Assembly (NCBI GenBank): GCA_903893745.1
Contig: CAITNF010000006.1
Coordinates: forward strand, 34,995-98,994
DNA: 64,000 bases
Direction of reading: 5' to 3'
DNA from: an uncultured Actinomycetes bacterium
GTDB taxonomy: Bacteria; Actinomycetota; Acidimicrobiia; Acidimicrobiales; RAAP-2
Shown here piece after piece: positions 18,699 to 28,049 of this stretch (within the stretch, counting starts at the first letter, position 1; each line of letters begins with the position of its first letter). A program made the translations under genes and the position numbers. The notes beneath the pieces were generated by a model. That model was given only the letters and a program-made list of their open reading frames with translations, did not search any database and had not been told where the DNA came from.

Positions 18699-20453
18699 GT
18701 GATTAAGAAAGTCCTCATTGCCAATCGTGGTGAGATAGCGGTACGCGTCATCCGCACGTGTCGAGAAATGGGCATTGCTACCGTTGCCGTGTACTCAGAA
18801 CTCGATCGCAATGCACTGCACGTGCGACTGGCCGATGAGGCGTACTCCCTTGGCGGTTTAACCGCGGCAGAAAGCTACCTGAACACCGAAGCCATGCTCG
18901 ACATCATCCAGCGCTCGGGTGCCGACGCGGTTCATCCTGGCTACGGCTTCTTTTCAGAAAATACTGACTTCGCGCGAGCGATTACCTCACGTGGCGTGAC
19001 CTTCATCGGACCTCCGCCCGAGGCGATCGAAGTAATGGGTGACAAAATCTCGTCTCGTCTCGCTGCGCAAAAGGCGGGTGTTGAGGGCGTGCCCGGTCGA
19101 AGTGAAGTACTGACCAATGCCAAGGAAGTAGTGGCCTTCGGAAAAGAGTTCGGTTGGCCCGTCGCGATCAAGGCCGCATTCGGTGGCGGTGGACGTGGCA
19201 TGAAGGTCGTCGAAGGGCCCGATGGTGCGCAAGCGGCACTGGAAAGTGCCCAGCGTGAGGCCCAGAGTTACTTCGGTCGGTCCGAATGTTACGTCGAAAG
19301 GTATTTGACGTGGCCGCGTCACATTGAAATGCAGATTCTGGCTGACAGTCACGGCAACACGTTGTGGCTTGGTGAGCGTGACTGCTCGGCCCAGCGACGA
19401 CACCAAAAACTCATCGAGGAATCGCCCGCTCCGAACTTTCCGGACGAGATTCGCCAAGCCATGGGTGAGGCGGCCGTCAAAGTCTCCAAGGCCTGCGGCT
19501 ACGTCAACGCTGGAACTGTTGAGTTCCTCTACCAAGATGGTGAATTCTTCTTTCTCGAAATGAATACGCGACTCCAGGTTGAGCACCCCGTGACCGAACT
19601 GGTCACCGGACTCGATTTGGTCGAGTGGCAACTACGAATTGCCGCGGGCGAAGCGCTCGACTTCACCCAAGAAGAAGTTGGTCGAAATGGTCACTCAATT
19701 GAAGTTCGTATCAACGCCGAGGAGCCTTCGGGCGGACGATTCACCCCCTCACCGGGAACCATCACTCGCTTCGATCAGCCCTCGGGGCCCGGCGTGCGAC
19801 TCGACGCTGGTTACGCCGCGGGCGACACGGTATCGCAGTACTACGACAACCTCATTGCAAAACTGATTGTGTGGGCTCCGGACCGCGAAAGAGCACGGCG
19901 TCGAATGATGCGCGCGATTGAAGAGACCAGCATTCTTGGTGTGGCGACAACCTTGCCCGCGGACATGATTATCCTCGCGAGCCAGGACTTTGTTGACGGC
20001 ACCCACTCCACAAAATGGGTCGAACAGTCGGTGGACTTCAGTGACCTCTCGGTCGCCCAAATTCCCGCGGTTTCGGTAGGAGCAGGGACGGTTCGAAAGG
20101 ACGTCACCGCGGAAGTCAACGGACGGCGAGTGACCGTGGCACTGTGGGTGCCCGAAAGCTCTGATGATGGTCCGGCCAAGCCGGTCAGCACGGCAGCCAA
20201 GCCCCGTCGCCAGCACCACGGTGGCGTCGTGGGGACTGGATCGGGTTCGGTTGCAGTTCCAATGCAGGGAACAATCGTCAAGGTGAGCGTCGAAGTGGGT
20301 CAGCACGTCGAAGCTGGTGAAACGGTCGTCATTCTTGAAGCCATGAAGATGGAGAACTCGGTAAATGCGGAGAAGACTGGCGTCGTGAAGGCAATCAAGG
20401 TCGCTCCCGGTGATTCGGTAACCGCTGGCGACGTGGTGGTCGTCATCGAATGA
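18699..20453 (+). CDS. accA: Acetyl/propionyl-CoA carboxylase alpha subunit (biotin carboxylase + BCCP)
   Basis: ANRGEIA, HPGYGFFSEN, EMNTRLQVEHPVTE, EAMKM biotin site. Confidence 0.93.
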   Translation: MIKKVLIANRGEIAVRVIRTCREMGIATVAVYSELDRNALHVRLADEAYSLGGLTAAESYLNTEAMLDIIQRSGADAVHPGYGFFSENTDFARAITSRGVTFIGPPPEAIEVMGDKISSRLAAQKAGVEGVPGRSEVLTNAKEVVAFGKEFGWPVAIKAAFGGGGRGMKVVEGPDGAQAALESAQREAQSYFGRSECYVERYLTWPRHIEMQILADSHGNTLWLGERDCSAQRRHQKLIEESPAPNFPDEIRQAMGEAAVKVSKACGYVNAGTVEFLYQDGEFFFLEMNTRLQVEHPVTELVTGLDLVEWQLRIAAGEALDFTQEEVGRNGHSIEVRINAEEPSGGRFTPSPGTITRFDQPSGPGVRLDAGYAAGDTVSQYYDNLIAKLIVWAPDRERARRRMMRAIEETSILGVATTLPADMIILASQDFVDGTHSTKWVEQSVDFSDLSVAQIPAVSVGAGTVRKDVTAEVNGRRVTVALWVPESSDDGPAKPVSTAAKPRRQHHGGVVGTGSGSVAVPMQGTIVKVSVEVGQHVEAGETVVILEAMKMENSVNAEKTGVVKAIKVAPGDSVTAGDVVVVIE

Positions 20454-21607
20454 CCGCCCTCGAGCGTGCCACCCAGGCCATTACTGGCGCTCGAAGTGAA
20501 CTCCTGGCCCTTAGCCGTTACGTGCACGAACACCCGGAAACTGGTTACGAAGAGTTTCTGAGTGCCGAAGCCGTGGCTCAGGCGTCCGAGAACGCTGGTT
20601 TTGTCGTCGAGCGAGGAATTGCGTCGTTACCAACTGCCTTTCGCGCTACCAAGGGTACGGGTGACTTTCACGTCGTCCTCTGCGCCGAATACGACGCGCT
20701 GCCTGACGTCGGTCACGCCTGTGGTCACAACATCATCGCCGCGTCGTCGCTCGGTGCAGCAATTGGCCTTGGGGCGGTTGCCGACGAGTTAAACCTCACG
20801 GTGATTTTGCTCGGCACCCCGTCAGAAGAAGGTGGTGGTGGGAAGATTGATCTACTTCGAGCGGGCTGCTTCGACGGCGTCCACGCGGCATTGATGATTC
20901 ACCCGTGGCCCACGGAACGTCTCGAAGCGACGTGTCTCGCGGTTGACCATTTTGAAGTTACCTATACGGGCAAAGAAGCGCACGCGTCGGCGGCTCCGTA
21001 CGAAGGCATCAACGCCCTCGACGCAATGACCCTGGCCCAGGTCGCCATCGGTCTCTTGCGCCAGCAGTTGCGCCCCGGTGACCAAGTGCACGGCATCGTC
21101 ACCGAAGGCGGAGCGGCCGCCAATATCATCCCATCAAAGGTCGTGGGCCGTTACATGTGTCGGTCACTCACTAGTGATCGACTGGCCGAACTACGAGTTC
21201 GAATTGCCCAGTGTTTCGAAGCGGGTGCACTCGCGACGGGGGCAACTCTGCAATGCACCGAGCTCGGGAGTGCCTTCTCGCACATGGAGTCGGACCGTGA
21301 CATTCTCGCCCACTATCGCCACGCCGCCGAAGAATTGGGTCGTGAATTTTCGCTCGATGACGAAGGTGTCGCGAAGCCAACCCTCTCTACGGACATGGCC
21401 AATGTTTCACTCGTCGTGCCCTCTATTCATCCGTTACTCGCGCTTGCGAGCAACGGGGCGGTGAACCACCAGCCCGAATTCGCCGCGGCCTGTGTCGGCC
21501 CCGATGCTGATCGAGCCGTGATTGATGGCGCGATCGCGTTGGCCCATACGGTCATTGGGGTCTCCAACGATGAACCACTGCGACTGCGATTGTTGAGCCG
21601 CTCGTGA
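20450..21607 (+). CDS. M20 family amidohydrolase/dipeptidase
   Basis: AEYDALP..HACGHN, GTPSEE, STDMANVS. Confidence 0.87.
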   Translation: MTALERATQAITGARSELLALSRYVHEHPETGYEEFLSAEAVAQASENAGFVVERGIASLPTAFRATKGTGDFHVVLCAEYDALPDVGHACGHNIIAASSLGAAIGLGAVADELNLTVILLGTPSEEGGGGKIDLLRAGCFDGVHAALMIHPWPTERLEATCLAVDHFEVTYTGKEAHASAAPYEGINALDAMTLAQVAIGLLRQQLRPGDQVHGIVTEGGAAANIIPSKVVGRYMCRSLTSDRLAELRVRIAQCFEAGALATGATLQCTELGSAFSHMESDRDILAHYRHAAEELGREFSLDDEGVAKPTLSTDMANVSLVVPSIHPLLALASNGAVNHQPEFAAACVGPDADRAVIDGAIALAHTVIGVSNDEPLRLRLLSRS

Positions 21608-21897
21608 TGCTCGAACACGCCCTGCTCCACATCAGTGCCGGGCGAGAATCGGAGTTTGAAGCTTCGATACGAAAGGCGCTACCAATTATTGAAGAGGCCG
21701 ACGGATGTCACGGGGCACAGGTGCGCCGTCAAGACGAGGACCCCTCAATTTTTTTGCTTCTCGTTACGTGGACGTCCATTGAGGCTCACATGACGTTTCG
21801 TACCACTCCCCAATTCAACGAATGGCGATCGTTGACGCACACTTTTTACGCCGAAGCACCGAGCGTGACTCACTTTCATGAGCCGCTCAGTCACTAA
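21604..21897 (+). CDS. Antibiotic biosynthesis monooxygenase (ABM) family protein
   Basis: 97 aa; [14 protein letters not shown] pattern of the ABM fold. Confidence 0.8.
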   Translation: MMLEHALLHISAGRESEFEASIRKALPIIEEADGCHGAQVRRQDEDPSIFLLLVTWTSIEAHMTFRTTPQFNEWRSLTHTFYAEAPSVTHFHEPLSH

Positions 21898-23474
21898 TTG
21901 GGCTGATAGATCCCAAACGCCTCGCGCAGTACGTCGGCCACTTCGCCCAGGGTGGCCATCGATTTCAGCGCCGCTTTCATGGGGTAGAGCACGTTTTGCG
22001 TACCGCGAGCGGCCGCCGCTAGATCACCTAGCGCCGCCGATACCGCCGCAGCGTCTCGACGACCCCGTAAGGCTGACACTCGAGCAACTTGATCACGCTG
22101 TTGTGCCGCGTCAACGGGAAAGACGTCAGCCTTCGTCGTGGACTGTTCGGCAAATTTGTTCACACCAACCACTACTCGATCGCCGCGATCGACACCTCGC
22201 GCAAACTCGTAGGCCGCACTTTCAATCTCGTCTTGCATGTAGCGCTCCTCAATTGCCGCTACCGCACCACCTCGTTTATCGACTTCGGCAATGTACTCGC
22301 TCGCAAGCCGTTCAATCTCGTTGGTGAGCGATTCCACAAAATAGGAGCCGGCGAGCGGATCAACGGTATCGGCGATACCGGACTCGTATCCGAGTACCTG
22401 CTGCGTACGCAACGCCAATTTCGCCGCGCGCTCCGTAGGCAGGCCCAGCGCCTCATCAAAACCGTTGGTGTGGAGGCTCTGCGTCCCACCCAGCGCTGCC
22501 GCCAACGCCTGAACCGTGACACGCACAATATTGCTTTCCGGTTGCTGAGCGGTCAGCGTGGAGCCACCGGTCTGAGTGTGAAAACGAAGCATCATCGATT
22601 TAGGGTCCTTGGCGCCGAATCGATCTCGCATGATGGTCGCCCAAAGTCGACGGGCCGCTCGAAACTTGGCTACTTCCTCAAAGAGATTGTTGTGCGCGTT
22701 AAAGAAGAAACTCAGTCGAGGAGCAAAATCATCGAGCGCCAGGCCCGCGGCCAGTGCAGCCTCTACGTAGGCAATGCCGTTGGCCAAGGTGAAGGCGATC
22801 TCTTGAACCGCGGTGGAGCCCGCCTCACGAATGTGGTAGCCAGAGATTGAAATCGTGTTCCAATTTGGCATTTCAGCGGCGCAATAGGAAAACGTATCAA
22901 CGATGAGCCGCATTGAAGGGCGGGGTGGGTAGATGTACGTACCGCGAGCCACGTACTCCTTCAGAATGTCGTTTTGAATGGTGCCTCGAAGCTGGTCGCC
23001 TCGAACTCCTTGCTCTTCACCAACGAGCTGGTAGAGCAAGAGCAATGTCGACGCGGTGGCGTTAATCGTCATTGACGTTGTTACCTCGTCGAGTGGGAGG
23101 CCAGCGAGCAACTTACGCATGTCCTCCAGTGACGAAATCGCCACACCAACTTTGCCGACCTCACCTTCGGCACGAGCGTGATCCGCGTCGTAACCCATTT
23201 GGGTGGGCAGGTCGAAGGCGCAACTTAAACCGGTCTGTCCAGCTTGTAGGAGGAACTTGAAACGTTCATTAGTCGCTTCGGCGGTACCAAAGCCCGCGTA
23301 CTGGCGCATGGTCCAGAGTCGGCCCCGGTACATCGTCGGGTGTACGCCCCGGGTGTACGGAAAGTCACCCGGATTGCCCAAACTGCTGGACTCATCAAAC
23401 TCGGCCAAGTCACTAGGACCGTACACCGGTTTGATTATTACCCCTTCATCAAGCATCCGTTCATCTGCGGTCAC
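21894..23474 (-). CDS. Methylmalonyl-CoA mutase, substrate-binding subunit only
   Basis: [55 protein letters not shown]; no DxHxxG B12-binding domain. Confidence 0.9.
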   Translation of the reverse strand: MTADERMLDEGVIIKPVYGPSDLAEFDESSSLGNPGDFPYTRGVHPTMYRGRLWTMRQYAGFGTAEATNERFKFLLQAGQTGLSCAFDLPTQMGYDADHARAEGEVGKVGVAISSLEDMRKLLAGLPLDEVTTSMTINATASTLLLLYQLVGEEQGVRGDQLRGTIQNDILKEYVARGTYIYPPRPSMRLIVDTFSYCAAEMPNWNTISISGYHIREAGSTAVQEIAFTLANGIAYVEAALAAGLALDDFAPRLSFFFNAHNNLFEEVAKFRAARRLWATIMRDRFGAKDPKSMMLRFHTQTGGSTLTAQQPESNIVRVTVQALAAALGGTQSLHTNGFDEALGLPTERAAKLALRTQQVLGYESGIADTVDPLAGSYFVESLTNEIERLASEYIAEVDKRGGAVAAIEERYMQDEIESAAYEFARGVDRGDRVVVGVNKFAEQSTTKADVFPVDAAQQRDQVARVSALRGRRDAAAVSAALGDLAAAARGTQNVLYPMKAALKSMATLGEVADVLREAFGIYQPN

Positions 23475-23570
23475 TCGTCAAGGTTACGCCGTAGCCCATT
23501 GGTCACGAAAATCGACAACACGAGCTCCCCCGTGGTCGCGCTGACTCGGAGTTTCGGTAATGATGGAGAC

Positions 23571-24107
23571 GTGTTTTGCTCCTCGTGTGGTTCTCCAATT
23601 GATGGTCAGGTCTGTACGGTCTGTGGCACGCCATCGGCAACCTGGACTGACTTACCTACGAGTAGCGAACTGCAGTATGTCGGTTGGTGGCGCCGGGTAG
23701 GGGCGACAGTGGCCGATAACGCCATTTTGGTCATCCCAACTCTCGCCGTCTTTACCTTGTTAAACGCCGTGGGTAACTCGCTCCTCGGCATTCTCGGCGT
23801 GCTCATTATGCAGGCGCTGTACATCATTGGCATGCTGTCGAGCGCCAAGGGGCAAACTCTCGGCAATCGAGTTGCGAGTTCGCGAGTTGTGCGCGCTACC
23901 GACGGTGGCCGAGTGACTACCCAGCAGGTCTGTGTCCGATGGGCAATCGTGGCGGCGTACAGCATTCCTGCCGCCTTCAGTACGTCGTCAAACTTTTCTC
24001 TCGGTATTTCAATCTTCGCCCTCGTGGACTGTCTCTACCCACTCTTCAATGAGCGCAAGCAGACGTGGCACGACCGAATTGCCGGCACCGTAGTCGTACG
24101 ACGCTAG
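23571..24107 (+). CDS. RDD family membrane protein with N-terminal zinc ribbon
   Basis: CSSC..CTVC; WWRRVGATVAD, GQTLG, QTWHDRIAGTVVV. Confidence 0.85.
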   Translation: MFCSSCGSPIDGQVCTVCGTPSATWTDLPTSSELQYVGWWRRVGATVADNAILVIPTLAVFTLLNAVGNSLLGILGVLIMQALYIIGMLSSAKGQTLGNRVASSRVVRATDGGRVTTQQVCVRWAIVAAYSIPAAFSTSSNFSLGISIFALVDCLYPLFNERKQTWHDRIAGTVVVRR

Positions 24108-25267
24108 GCGAGCACCGCGTGGGGCATGCAGAGCTCGTCGTACTCGGCAATCTGAATTGGTGGGGCGTGGTCACCGCAGGCCGGACAGGTTGGGTCTCGG
24201 CGAACTTTAAACGTTCGAAAACTCTGGTCCAGTGCGTCGTACGTTAAGAGCCGCCCGACGAGCGGGTCACCCAATTCCAAGAGCAGCTTGATTGCTTCAA
24301 TCGCTTGAATTGAACCAATAATGCCGGGTAGTACACCCAGGACTCCCGCCTCGGCGCAGCTGGGTGCCAACTCTGCGGGAGGTGGTTCGGGAATCATGCA
24401 GCGATAGCAGGGTCCCACGTACGGATTGAAGACCGTGATCTGTCCTTCGAAGCGAAAGATAGAGCCGTGAACGACCGGAATGCGCTTGAGCAGCGCCGCA
24501 TCATTCACGAGGTAGCGAGTGGGGAAATTGTCGGTCCCGTCAACGATGACGTCGTAGCCGTCGATGATGTCAAGCACGTTGTTCGCCCCCAGCCGCGTGT
24601 CGTACGTCTTGACGGTCAAGTCGGGGTTGATGGCCTCCAGCGTCATCTTGGCACTGTCAACTTTGCGCATGCCGACTCGGTCCATGTTGTGCAGAATCTG
24701 GCGTTGGAGATTCGACGCGTCAACCACGTCCATGTCAATGATGCCAATCGTGCCGACGCCCGCCGCGGCTAGGTAGAGCGCCGCGGGCGAACCCAGCCCG
24801 CCCGCTCCCAGCAGTAGCACCTTGGAGTCGAGCAACTTCATCTGACCCTTTTCACCGACCTCGGGAAGTAAGAGGTGTCGCTGATAGCGGTTTCGCTGAC
24901 TGGCCGTCATCGTGCGTGGGGTAATCCAAACGAGACCATCGTCTTTCCATTTATTGAATCCGCCAATAATGGACACCACGTCGGAGTAGCCCAAATCTTG
25001 CAACGTCTTAGTCGCGAAAGCTGAACGAACCCCGCCCGCGCAGTACACCGCGATGGGCACGGACTTGTCTGGCAGATGGCCCTCAACAGAAAACTCGAGA
25101 TTGCCCCGGGGGACGTGCAGCGCGCCGGGCACGGCGCCCTGCTCGTGTTCGTCAGGCTCTCGCACATCAAGCACGTGGTAATAATCGAGGCGTGCGGCGA
25201 CCTCGTGAGCATCGATCTCACGAATTTCGGCCTTGGCGGCGTTCAATAGTTCACGCGGTGATGACAC
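24104..25267 (-). CDS. moeB: Rhodanese + ThiF/MoeB adenylyltransferase fusion
   Basis: N-terminal rhodanese (DVRE, YCAGGVRS), GAGGLGSP, SNLQRQ, two CxxC. Confidence 0.9.
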   Translation of the reverse strand: MSSPRELLNAAKAEIREIDAHEVAARLDYYHVLDVREPDEHEQGAVPGALHVPRGNLEFSVEGHLPDKSVPIAVYCAGGVRSAFATKTLQDLGYSDVVSIIGGFNKWKDDGLVWITPRTMTASQRNRYQRHLLLPEVGEKGQMKLLDSKVLLLGAGGLGSPAALYLAAAGVGTIGIIDMDVVDASNLQRQILHNMDRVGMRKVDSAKMTLEAINPDLTVKTYDTRLGANNVLDIIDGYDVIVDGTDNFPTRYLVNDAALLKRIPVVHGSIFRFEGQITVFNPYVGPCYRCMIPEPPPAELAPSCAEAGVLGVLPGIIGSIQAIEAIKLLLELGDPLVGRLLTYDALDQSFRTFKVRRDPTCPACGDHAPPIQIAEYDELCMPHAVLA

Positions 25268-25342
25268 GGCGGCTCCTTTAGCTGCCTATATCTTACTGGC
25301 TGCTTCATCATTACAACCAAAGCCACCTGCTAGACCCGTCGG

Positions 25343-25951
25343 ATGGAACTCAACGAACTTCTTGCGCGACGACGCATGGTCCGATCGTTCGATGGAACCG
25401 CCGTAGACCTTGACTGGCTTGACGAACGCTGTCGTGAGGCGTTGTGGGCACCCACTGCTGGTAACAGCGCCGGTGTTCGACTCCATACAGTGCGTCGTGA
25501 ACTGGTTGGGGCCTATCTCGACGTAGCCACCGATGAGCGGTGGCGAACAATGTCGTCACGTTTCGAAGGACTCTCGCGGGCGGGCGCCGTAGTGCTGGTT
25601 ACCTGTCGGCCCCAGGACTACTTAGACCGTTACGGCGAATCCGACAAAGTCAAATCAGGCCTTAATGAACGTAGCGCATGGAAAATCCCCTACTGGTACA
25701 CCGACGCGGCGATGGCCACCATGGCGCTCTTGCTGTTAATTGAAGAGGGCGGTTGGCAAGCAACATTGTGGGGGAATTTTCGATACGACGATGCGGTCCT
25801 CGAGTGGGCCAACATTAACGATGAGGAGCTCGTCGCAACCGTGTTGCTCGGTCGAGCCGATGGTCACGACGTCGCGTCGACTTCGCTCAGTCGTTCAGTT
25901 CTTTCACGAACCGATCGTGTTCGTCGAGTCGAATCACGACCCTCGTTCTAA
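25343..25951 (+). CDS. Nitroreductase family protein
   Basis: RRRMVRSF, APTAGN, DAAMATMALLL. Confidence 0.82.
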   Translation: MELNELLARRRMVRSFDGTAVDLDWLDERCREALWAPTAGNSAGVRLHTVRRELVGAYLDVATDERWRTMSSRFEGLSRAGAVVLVTCRPQDYLDRYGESDKVKSGLNERSAWKIPYWYTDAAMATMALLLLIEEGGWQATLWGNFRYDDAVLEWANINDEELVATVLLGRADGHDVASTSLSRSVLSRTDRVRRVESRPSF

Positions 25952-27450
25952 CTCTCGGCCTCGGCGACTGTAGTCAAGAAGTCCACAATTGTTCTAGTAC
26001 TAAAAGCGGTGGCGCCCTTAGTGACGTAGCCCGAGGCCGATTCAGCACGACCCGGACCAGCGATATCGAGGTGGGCCCACGGCCGACCGTCGGTGAACCG
26101 CTCCAACATCAGGGCTGCCGAAATCGAACCGGCCTGACCCGGGCGTCCAATATTTTTGACGTCCGCAAAGTCTGACTCAATGTGTGACTGGTAGTCGCGG
26201 TGCAGTGGCATCCGCCAGAGTGCCTCACCAGTACGCTGGCTCGCGTGAAGTAAGTAGTCGGCCAGTTCATCAGTCGAGGTGTAGAGCGCACCAATCTCAT
26301 TGCCTAGGGCAACTTTCTGTGCACCCGTGAGCGTCGCCACGTCAATAATGGCGTCAGGGTTAACCTCGACAGCGAGGCTGAGCCCATCGGCCAGTATCAA
26401 TCGCCCCTCGGCGTCAGTGTTGAGCACCTCAATGGTCATACCGTTGCGAATCGTCAGTACGTCACCCGGCTTAATAGCCGTGCCACTTGGTAGGTTTTCG
26501 GTTAGCGGGGCAATCGCCGTCACCTTGACCGCGAGATTCATTCGACTGGCGATCGAAAGTGCCGCTACAACCACCGCGGCCCCCGTCATGTCCGTCTTCA
26601 TCGTCATCATGCCTTCGCCGGACTTCAACGAAAGTCCGCCGGAGTCAAAGGTCACGCCTTTTCCTACCAGCGCAATATGAGGAAGCACGGTATCGGGCGA
26701 CGGATCGTAGGTTGCGTAAATTAAACGTGGCGATTCGTTCGAACCCTGTGACACGCCGAGTAGCCCCCCGAGCGACTCAGCGGTGATCTTCGACTTTGTC
26801 CATGATTCGACCGTAACGGCATCGTCGCCTTTGAGACGAGCGAGCATTTGGCGTGCGAGCACCTTGGGCATCATCTCCCCCGGTGGTGTGTCAATCAACT
26901 TCTTCGCCCAGTTCACGCCGTTAGCCACTATTTCGCCACGTTTGGCACCGGCCGTCACCGAATCGTGCGTGGCCACGGAAGGTAGTGGCTGACCCAACGG
27001 GACAATATCCAAGTACGCCTCATCGCCACGACCTCGGTAGCGGTACGAAGCCAACAGCGCTCCTTCGACGAGAGCTTGGGTCACTGCTCCTGGTTCGTCG
27101 AGTCCGTCAGTCGGAAGCAAGTAAGCGAGGTTCCCGTCGCTCGCACTCTGCACCGCCGCCGCACCGGCCAGTCGATAGTGATCGAGATTAGTTAAGGTCG
27201 CTCCCACGTTCACGAAGACCACGTTGGGCCCATCAAATGAGCGAATCGTTGTCGCGCTACCAGGCTTAGCGCTCAGGCCCTGCTGCACGCACCACTCTTC
27301 GGTTAAGAGTCGCGGAATTGGGTGACTGCCAATAATGCGTGGTATCGATTCGGCGATGATGGCTTGGCCCTGGTCAAAAACAACAGGCACCACAATGGTC
27401 GGCTGCGAAAGTTGATTATTGGGGGCGACTACTCGAACGTTGCGCGTCAT
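25948..27450 (-). CDS. pepA: Leucyl aminopeptidase (M17)
   Basis: VGKGVTFDSGG, MKTDMTG, NTDAEGRL, DVATLTGA, WAHLDIAG. Confidence 0.93.
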   Translation of the reverse strand: MTRNVRVVAPNNQLSQPTIVVPVVFDQGQAIIAESIPRIIGSHPIPRLLTEEWCVQQGLSAKPGSATTIRSFDGPNVVFVNVGATLTNLDHYRLAGAAAVQSASDGNLAYLLPTDGLDEPGAVTQALVEGALLASYRYRGRGDEAYLDIVPLGQPLPSVATHDSVTAGAKRGEIVANGVNWAKKLIDTPPGEMMPKVLARQMLARLKGDDAVTVESWTKSKITAESLGGLLGVSQGSNESPRLIYATYDPSPDTVLPHIALVGKGVTFDSGGLSLKSGEGMMTMKTDMTGAAVVVAALSIASRMNLAVKVTAIAPLTENLPSGTAIKPGDVLTIRNGMTIEVLNTDAEGRLILADGLSLAVEVNPDAIIDVATLTGAQKVALGNEIGALYTSTDELADYLLHASQRTGEALWRMPLHRDYQSHIESDFADVKNIGRPGQAGSISAALMLERFTDGRPWAHLDIAGPGRAESASGYVTKGATAFSTRTIVDFLTTVAEAES

Positions 27451-27462
27451 GATGCTCGTTCT

Positions 27463-28002
27463 TTAGCTTGAACGCGCAGTACGGTGATTGGGACCTTCAG
27501 CCCAGCGGGCCATCGTCCAAGCGAGATCGCTCAATCGATTGAGGTAGGCAACGACGAACGAGTCCTCAAGTGGATAGCCCACCGCAATGCGTTCGGCGCG
27601 TCGAATAACGGTGCGCGCTACGTCCAAAGCGGCGGAGAGTTGGTTCTCACCGGGAACCACAAATTCACGCGGCATCTCAATCTCCGCCGAAAGAGCATCA
27701 ATTTCGTGCTCCAGGCGAGCGATCATCTCAGAGGTGACGAGCGACTTTTCTGCGGTCAACTTGTGTCGATTGGCCGGCAACGTTGCGACTTCGGCCATCA
27801 GTACCCACAGATCGCGTTCGAGAACGATCAGTAGATCATTGATCCGGCTGGGCGATTCGCTCAGCGAACGGGCCCAACCGAGCGCCGCCTGCGCCTCATC
27901 GACCGCACCATTGACCTCTATGGGATCTGAACTTTTCTCCACGCGGCCACCAAAGTACAGCCCAGTGGTTCCGTCATCACCGTCACGGGTATAAATCTTC
28001 AC
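27463..28002 (-). CDS. pduO: ATP:cob(I)alamin adenosyltransferase, PduO type
   Basis: KIYTRDGDDGTTGL, GAVDE, RTVIRRAER, YLNRLSD; start GTG 28002 from TACGCT-N6. Confidence 0.92.
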   Translation of the reverse strand: MKIYTRDGDDGTTGLYFGGRVEKSSDPIEVNGAVDEAQAALGWARSLSESPSRINDLLIVLERDLWVLMAEVATLPANRHKLTAEKSLVTSEMIARLEHEIDALSAEIEMPREFVVPGENQLSAALDVARTVIRRAERIAVGYPLEDSFVVAYLNRLSDLAWTMARWAEGPNHRTARSS

Positions 28003-28049
28003 TCCGTCAGCGTAGTGAACCGGGGCGGCACGGGTAGCCTGACTAGGCA

